Positions 7,866 to 16,800 of a DNA stretch of 39,434 nt are shown piece by piece (position 1 is the stretch's first letter; each line of letters starts with the position of its first letter). The DNA lies in assembly GCA_028278255.1 (NCBI GenBank), contig JANQER010000241.1, positions 1 through 39,434 of the forward strand. The letters run 5' to 3'. The notes under the pieces were generated by a model. That model worked only from the letters and a program-made list of their open reading frames with translations. It was not told where the DNA came from and did no database searches. The position numbers and the translations under genes were made by a program. The stretch comes from Elusimicrobiota bacterium. Its GTDB lineage: Bacteria > Elusimicrobiota > Elusimicrobia > FEN-1173.

Positions 7866-10800
7866 TTATGCATTTGAGCCAATCATCTCAGACAACTTTC
7901 TCAACCGATCAAACTCATCTGTGGCAATCTTAATTACCATGTTCCCTATGATCTGAAGAAGCACAGCTGCCTGACTGTATTGCGGGGTCACTGTCCAATT
8001 CATAATCACTGGTGACAGCACTTGCAATTGAACACCCTTACGCTCAAAATCCATGCTCTGATACTTCTGATCACTAACAAGCCTTTCAATCACTTTATCC
8101 ACAGAACATTTCACCTCATTGTTTGACATAACAATCAGCCTTTGACTTTCTGAACCCAAAGCCTCTGAAACAGACAATTTATCGTCATCCGTCACCACAA
8201 CCACTGGCGCTTCTCCATTTTTTTTCAGCAATGTCTTTGCCACAGTTAAAGCCTCTGTGCGTTCTATGTTCAACAAATTCCCTGGCACATGCACCACACA
8301 AGGCTGATCTGACTTTATTTCATTAATTGAATGAATTTTGGCTTTTTCATGCGCGGCCAAACCAAACCCAAACTCAAACCCTTGTGCCATCAGCGCCAAA
8401 ATCTTCTGCGGACTCAAATCTTCTACAATATCCAGAGTTCTCTGCAACACGCCTATATAAAAGACCATTTCCCTCTTCTGCCCCAAACCCGACATCAAGC
8501 CCACATTTAAACCCAAAACCCTGATCAACGCATCACACTCTTTTGCGCGCTCTTCTATGACTTTCACATTGCTTCTGATTCTGCTCTGCAAAACACCCAA
8601 AACCTCTCTCAACTCCTCTAAATTCTGAAAATTCATCCCGCGCACTAAGCCCTCAGTGGCTTGGAATTGACCCTCTCCCTTGATGGGAGAGGGCAGGGTG
8701 AGGGTGTCCAACAATCCTTCCACATTCTGCCAAGACACATCCTCTGCCTCTTCACTCTCCCCCAAAAATAACCGCAGTTTAACTTGGTTTTTCACTTGCA
8801 CCGGATCAATATCCACCTCAATTCTCGGATTCAATTTCTCCGTCTCATCAGACAGCTTCTTCACCTGAGGCAAAACAGTCTGATCCAAAACATATTGAAT
8901 CCATTCCTCTTCACTCAAAGAAGATTTTCCCAAAGGCAAAGTGATAACAAACGTGGTGCCATGGTCTTGAGGATATTCATCCACATGCCGGGTCTTAAAA
9001 GAAATCGTCCCGTTGCACCTCTCAATGCATTTCTTTGCAATATGCAGTCCAAGACCTCTTGACAAATTTCTGCCTCCTGTATCCAACTTGCTTGACACCC
9101 CGCGCTCAAAAACAGAATCTCTTATTTTTAATGGAATGCCCTGGGCATTGTCAGAAATTCTTATTTCCATGTCTTTCCCTTGATTCACAATTTCAGTCTC
9201 AATTCTCATTTTTCCTGAAATATCCTGGAGTTCAACCTCTCTTTCACTTATTTGTAATCCTTGTTTTTCCAATAACCCACGCATGGTTATATCATCTTTC
9301 ATTTCAGCAATAAAGTACTGCGCATTTTGAATGATATTTGCCAATGCCCGAAACAATGCCAATTTATTCGTTTTTAAAATTTGATGACCGCCGCCATAAT
9401 GAATGACCGTGTTCTCACGATTCACAACCTCATGTGCATGCCCGGCAAAAATCACATCAAACAAGTGATCCAAATCCACTAATTCTTCTTCATCACGAAA
9501 TGCTGCAAAATAATCTCTTAACACATACTGAACAAAAACAATCTTCAGTGCATCCTCCTTAGCTGAAAAATCATCCACAGAAAGTTCTTGATATATCTTT
9601 GTTAATTTTTCTCTTGCCATCTCAAATAAATAAACCTCGTCAATTTTACTTAAAATATTTTTTATTTGCTTGTTCGCCTTATTCACATCAGCAATTGTTT
9701 TTCCATTTTGAACTTGCTCCAAAAATGTTTTTAAATTTTTAGACAAGTCATAAAACCCACTCATCCAATTCCTATCCGCTTGTACCAAAGCATTATCATC
9801 AGACAAAAACTTCAATTGAGCCCCAAGAACACTCATCGGGCTCGTTAAATCATGCGCATTCGCTGCTGCCGCCAGTTTGGCCTCTTTCAGGGTCCTGCCA
9901 TTCATATCTTGAACACCAACAAGATAAACCAAATTATGACTGTATTCAGGATCAGGGAATGTTTCAATAATATCCAGCCCATTGAACGTCAACACCTCTT
10001 CCACAACGCCATTGCTTTCTTCTCCCCACAAAACCAAAAAACCTTCCTCAATCCCAGGCAATTGAGAGACTCCTTGAGCAAGTTCTGAAATAAAACTTCC
10101 TCTATCCCCGTCATGAAATCCAGCCAATTTTTTCGGTCTCATCACCCCCTGTCTCACATACTCTTTTCTAATCACCTCAAAACAAGTCAAAAGTGCTTCA
10201 TCTGACAAAGATTCCAGATCAGTGGCACCAGTGAGTCGTTTAAGCTTACCAATGCGTTCTTTTCTTTCCTCTTCAGTCAACGTCTCAAAAAATGGAGAAT
10301 TTGAACAAACCAGTGCTATTTTTTTATCACCAAAAACCGGTTCCCTTTTTTCATTCAGAACATTATTCCCGACTTTGGCCGTCACCCTAAAACCTGCCTG
10401 TTTGGCAAAAAATCTCATATTGGCAACTTCAAAAGGATTAATGCCCACTGCATAAATGTCCCGATTTGAATTTGTCCCAAGCCAAGCCACCCAAGCATCA
10501 ATCCCAGTCCCTGGCCCCACCACCAAAACACCACCTTCTTTATCCTCACCCAAAGCCTGGCCTACTGAGTAAACAGTCAACATATAAATGCGATCCGCTA
10601 AATAATTGTCACCAGCAGCCGGCGAATAAACTGTGGGAAAAACAGGAAATATGACCCGGGGATTTTCACTCTGACTGTCATAAATTTTTTCAAGCGCTTG
10701 ACCAAACCCCCTATCTTCAAGGCCAAACTCAACCAAACGCAACGCACCTTGTTCAACCCCCACAAACTCAGCAAAAACAAATGGCTTATTCTCTGGCTCA

Positions 10801-13800
10801 GGAGCTTTTATCACATACTCTGAAAGCCCTCTTTCCTCCCTATATCGTGTGATAGCCTCCTTAGATTGAGCACACTCTTTCTGAAATCTGATCCATTTAT
10901 TGATGGCTTGCTCATCATCAAAACCTGGTATCTCAAAATAGAATTCAGAAAAATCAAAATAATGATAGGGACACTCATCCCCATCGGAATGCTCTCCTAA
11001 AAGCTCTTCAGACACCACAGGGAAAATAGAAATCAAATATCCATTTTCATCAAACAACAATTCAAACCCACGTGTTGGTCCTAACTCATTAGACAACACA
11101 TCAATCCCCACTGGTGGATCAACAGGATTTTGACGTTCAGGGACACGAACCCTCATCACAGTCAAGCCGCTTGCCTGATCCACCTCTTCCTCAACCAACT
11201 CTGCCTGATGAAGTTCAAGCGCTTTTAACAACTCATAAGCCGGCATGTTCTTAACCTTTTCCAACAGATCATCAATATTGTGTCCATGGACGTTTCCTTG
11301 TTCCACACACATCAAATAATAAGGGCTGATCCCCCACAAAGAATCTTCTCCAATATTTCTTTCATAGGCAAAATAATCAGTGCTTGTCCCTCCGCCAGTG
11401 GAGATTGTCAAAACAGGCATATTTAACCCAGTCTCTCCTATCTCCCTCTCTTCCTGTTGCAGAGCCACCCTCTTTTCTTCATCCAAATCTAAAGCAGCTT
11501 TGACCAAGGGGGCTGTTTCACCCCCGCTCACAAAAGCAAATAATTCCCCATTGTCAATTCGTCCTTTAATATGATGTGCAATGGCATAGCTGCCCCTATG
11601 ATACGGTTCATCTTCAAAGTTCCCCTGTGGACTGTTCCAATACACAGCCTCCACTTCATCCAAAGCTCTTTTATATTTTTCAATGGTTCTTGGGCCAATA
11701 TCCAAGCCATCCACATCATCCTCTGCCAAAACAACCTCCACACCTCTTATCTTCAAATTTCCAATCCATTTGTTGTATTGCCTTTCCTGAACAATCCCAG
11801 CCAGTTTACCTCCAATAAGAATTTTATCTCCTTTTCGCAGTTTCTCTGAAAAATCTTGAATTAAAGGGATTTTGTCTTCTTTAATCCCGCCAAAAATAGC
11901 AGCCATAGAGCCACGCTTATCATGTTTTATGTATCTCAACATTTTTTGATGAATAAGCAGCTCCCTCTCCATCCAAAATCCCTTGACAGAAGGCATCGAC
12001 GTTTTCAACATCTCCACCACAGTGGTGTCAGACCGATGCGAAACCGGGAATCCATCTAAAACAAACACATCCCCTAATCTTGACACTTGATACGCCAATG
12101 CCTCTCTTTCAGCCGGGTCATCCGACTGCTCACGCCAATCAAATCTCGTATTATCAAGCATGGCCACATCACCCGCGCTCATGCCATGGATGTGATCGAT
12201 GATCTCGTCTGTTACAACAGCGTATCTTTTCTGACGGACTTCTTTGCCCCGCATCAAGTGAACATCTCTGTTCATAAGCTGACTCACTGCATTTCTCACA
12301 TGAGAAATATCATAGGCTTCTTCGACCCCCTCACCTGATGGACGACCAGAATGTGTCACAAGCACCACTTTTCCACCATTATTTAAAATATACTGCATTG
12401 TATTCACAGAGGCATTCAACCGGATATCATCAATTTTCTCTTCTTTTGGATCAAAATGCACATCATTAAAATCAACCCTCACCACAAAAGTTTTCCCCTT
12501 GATCGCATGAGGCGGAACCATATAAAGAGACATGGCATTGCTTTGTCTCAGCTCATCTATAAAACCACGGACCATTTCTGAGTCAAGATTGTCTCCCAAC
12601 CGCTCAATTTCCTCCTCCCATTGATACCCCCATATCCCAAGAAAGAAATCTCTGAATTCAGGAGGGACATTCCCCTGAAAACCAAGACTTTTCACATAAA
12701 GAGACATGGCTTTAAGTGCATTGGGCCAATGGGATTTCATCTCTGGATCCATCAAAATCTGCAAACAATTTCTTATATTGAATGTCAAAATATCTGGTAA
12801 TTGAGAATGATCTTCTCCACCTTTATTCTCATTCATACTTGCCATGGCCATAGACAATGGATATTCAACCTCATAAGGCCGTGCAGATCCTTGACCAGAG
12901 CCAGAGGGCTGATTAATCAGGGCGGGGGCAAGCCCCGCCCCTACGGATATATTCTTAAAATAATCTTTTGGGGAAACCTGATCAATACCGGTTATCCAAT
13001 TCACCACATACTGAATAGGCATATATTTCATCCACCCCATGGACGGCAACAATTCTTGCACAGGAATCCATCTGATTTCAAATTTCATCCCATGAAACAA
13101 ACCAGGCCAAGCACGTAACCCAAATTTTTCAGTTGGGGCCGTTGGACCGAGACGAAGGAGGCCGTGACTTTTTCGACGACAAAAGCGAGCGCAATGCCGT
13201 AAGCATTGGGCGAACTTGTGGAGGACTAAAAAGTCCGGCATCATTTGTCGAATCCAGGCACCCAATTGAAAAGTTTGGGTTAACACTCTTTTCCCTGTTA
13301 TTGATTTCTTTTGAACAGATTTCAGCTTAATCCTGGTAATGGCCCTGGTGCCATCTTTACTGTTTTCAGCTGTGATGGTCGCTCCCATGGCTTCCAAAGC
13401 CATGCGCGCAGCAGGCATGCCCACACCCCCAGAATAAAAAGAATCAGATTCTGTATCCTCAGTATTCACTTGAGCTGCCCGTCTTGCATAATCCACTTGA
13501 AACAATGGCTGAAGCCCCATCCAATCATGCAAAGGAGACAAAAATTTTCGAGGAAATGCTTTTGGGTTTGACACAATTAATTCAACAAATCCATTACCAG
13601 CTTCAACCACAGACAAATCAATGGACTTTAATGCTTTTTCCATACCTTGCTCTTGATTGACTTTAAGTGCATTTTCATAAATCCATTCAAGAGCAGCACA
13701 AAGCAACATGGGATCAGCCAATACTTTTTGATGGCCAATAGTCAAGTTATCAAGCTTAAACTCTCCATTTTTTGTATGAAACTCATGATTATTAAGCAAT

Positions 13801-16800
13801 TTTTTCAAATCTATTTCTTGAATTTGCGCCAATTTTGGATCAAACATGCGCAAAACGATACCCACAATATCAAGACCCCGCTTAATTGTGACAAGATAGC
13901 CTTTCCCTTTTTGGATGTTCTGCATTTTGCCCCATAATTTCTGCAAATATGATTGATAATCCTTTAACCATTTAATCCATATGCGGTACAATTCATCAAC
14001 ATCTTTTTTCCTAAATTGTCCTTTTAACAAAAAGCTCCTGACAAAACCAATCACCTGGGCATGATAAATTCTAAACTGTTCATCAAGACCACGAAATTGT
14101 TTTTCTAATAATTTCTTTTGCTCAGGATCACTTCGAAACACATAACCCAACACAAATGACATATTTGCCATTTGATTCATTAAAGCAAACCGTCCGCCAT
14201 GCCCTGTGACTGCAACAGAATTAACAATAAGCTGCGCTTTTTCATCATATGACTTTTGAACTGCATACCAAAAATCTCTGGCAAAACGCATGGCCACCAC
14301 AACACCAAAAGACAAAAAAATCAATGGCAATGAATAATGAGACAACACAAACACCTGCAAAATAGCATCAGCAGAAAACAAATCCAACCAATACAAGCCA
14401 AGCATAAAAACAGCATTTAAAACCAATGTCAAAACAAACCGAGACTGCACAAAAGAAGACACATAAAATCGAATTAAAAAACCCCGCTGTTTTTTGCCCA
14501 TCTCCTTTGCAGCACGCAGCAAACGCGCTTTTGCTATGACAAGAATGCCAAACTCACTTAAAATTTCCAGCCAAACCCTTTTCCAATCAAGCACATTTTT
14601 TTTGTACTGCACCAAACACCTCATCAATGTATGGCAAAACAAAAACACTGGCACAGACCACATCAACCCAATCACAAAAGCTGTCCCAGGATCAAACCCA
14701 TATGACATGAATATCACAGGCAACCCAATCAACCCACCCACACGAAACACAGCTTCTTCCCAAACCCCCAACAACAAATAATAAATCCCTCTTCCTTGCC
14801 ATGTTTTAAATCTTTTCATAGGCATAACAAAAGGCTCTAAAATATCAGCTGCAGCTGACCTGGCACCATGGCCATAAACAGATCCAAACACATTCACAAT
14901 AAATTGATTTTGAAAAATAAATGATTGAATCATTTCTAGCCAATAACTTAAACTCTCAACCAAAGCAAATCTGAATAAAGAAGACTTAAACAACACCAAC
15001 ACATAATCCTGGCCATTGACTGTGATGTCTGCTGTATGAATGTCATGCTCAAAACCCAATTTTTCCAACTGATGCTCAGCCATGGACAATTTTTCTTTTG
15101 TCATAAGCGCCAAATGGCATCTGGTTTTGCCCAATTTGTATCGAAAAACACTCAAAAACCCATTGTCTGTGATTTTTTGCTTAATCTCCATTTTAAATGA
15201 TTGTTCAATATCCAAAACCTCTGTCAAAGCCTTATCCCCAGCTTCAAGTTCAGACATATCTGTGTTTTTTAAAGCTGATTCAAATGCTGGCACAAAAAAA
15301 CGGTTCAATGATTGAAAAACCTGGCCTCGCATGGCTTTGATTTGAGACACATCCTGCACCATCACACGTTCAGCAGCCAAAAAAATCTTTTCTCCAGCCA
15401 ACATTTTCTCCAATGGAATCGGATCTCTGGCAAACACATTTAAATAATCATGGTTTTTGGGCACAGCTGTGATTTGAGGCGTGACCACCATATAAGAAGC
15501 ATTTTTTTGATGTAAAAGTTCTGTTATCCCTTTTGTGTGAAAGCCACCAGCCACTAAAACAGAAATAACAGGCAATTGATCCGTTGTCATCGGCAATGGC
15601 TGCTTCCCTAAGGCCACTGCACGGGCTGTCCCTACACCTGTCTCTTTGCCCTTTGCTCTTTGCTTGTTGAGCAAATTATCAACCAATGATTTGTTCCGCT
15701 TAATGGCCAATGCGCAAAATTGCTCAAAAGGCTTCAACAAGTTGCGGGGCAGGTCTTGGTCTATGGTCTTTGGGTTCTTGCCGCCAGGTATGATCCCAGT
15801 TTGTCGGATGGGACTATCGTCTTTGGTCTGTTGCTTATATTCTTCCCAATCCTTTGGGGTCATTTGATTGTGAATCAATTTTTCCAGCAAATGCACATAC
15901 CGGGTGGCTGTGACCAATTTTTTCTGTTCAGGTGTCACAGCCAAGGATTGTGCCACTGCTTTTTCCAATTGGGACAATTCTTCTAACAATTGATTGGGAT
16001 TCATTTTTTCTGACAATTTGACATAGTCAATATAAGCATTGAATTGAGCCAGAGATTTTAAGTCCATGCCCTGTTTTTGGCAAAGCCGGCGCAATAAATC
16101 ATAATATGCGCCATAAGCCATGCGGCCTGTTTTATAATCCATGCTTTGCTGAACAAGATGATTCAATTGATCAGATGATAATTTGGCACACAGCTTTTTA
16201 ATCAGTGCATGCCGCTGTTTTTCCACAACACCAAAATCAAGACTGTCTTCCCTGTCCAATGCCTGAATCAAGAGACAACTGTTTTTGAATTTTTGATTTT
16301 TGATTTGTGCTTTTTGATTGAGAAGCAAATACTTCACATATTGACCCAAGGCCTCTTCATGATTCTGATAAGCAGTGGCTTTCTTCTCATACTGTTTAAG
16401 TTCAGGAGAATAAACTTTTTGTTTTTGAGCCATAAGACTGCTTTTAAGATCTGACACAAGGGCTTGGACTTTGGTTTTGTTTTTAAGTGAGTCTTTGAAC
16501 GCCTGAATATTGGTATGATAGGTGGACAGGTCTTCAATTCCCCAAAGTTCAACAAGAGACTGATTGTCAATCGTCAGTGCAGAATATTCTGGTCCGCCAA
16601 TGTATCCTTCTTTTAAAAAATAATCAGCCAACCCTTTTGTGATATCATCATCAGAAAAATCCCTATACGCGTCCACAGCAAAAGCCCCGCTGGCGCCTTC
16701 AAGACCGATCAAAATGGATTTTTGATTTTTGATTTGCTGGAGTTCAAGCTCTCCCGTCTTTGATCTTTGGTCTTCGGCCTTTGGCCTTCGCTCTGTGGAC

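Noticed and set aside
8327-16570. About 25 plus-strand and off-frame ORFs of 60-105 aa overlapping the giant ORF (for example 8784..9062, 12801..13118, 13647..13937, 14494..14781)
   Set aside because: These are shadow ORFs of a long A/T-rich coding region. Their translations are low-complexity with no recognisable motifs or ribosome-binding sites, and all are fully contained in the strongly supported reverse-strand frame.
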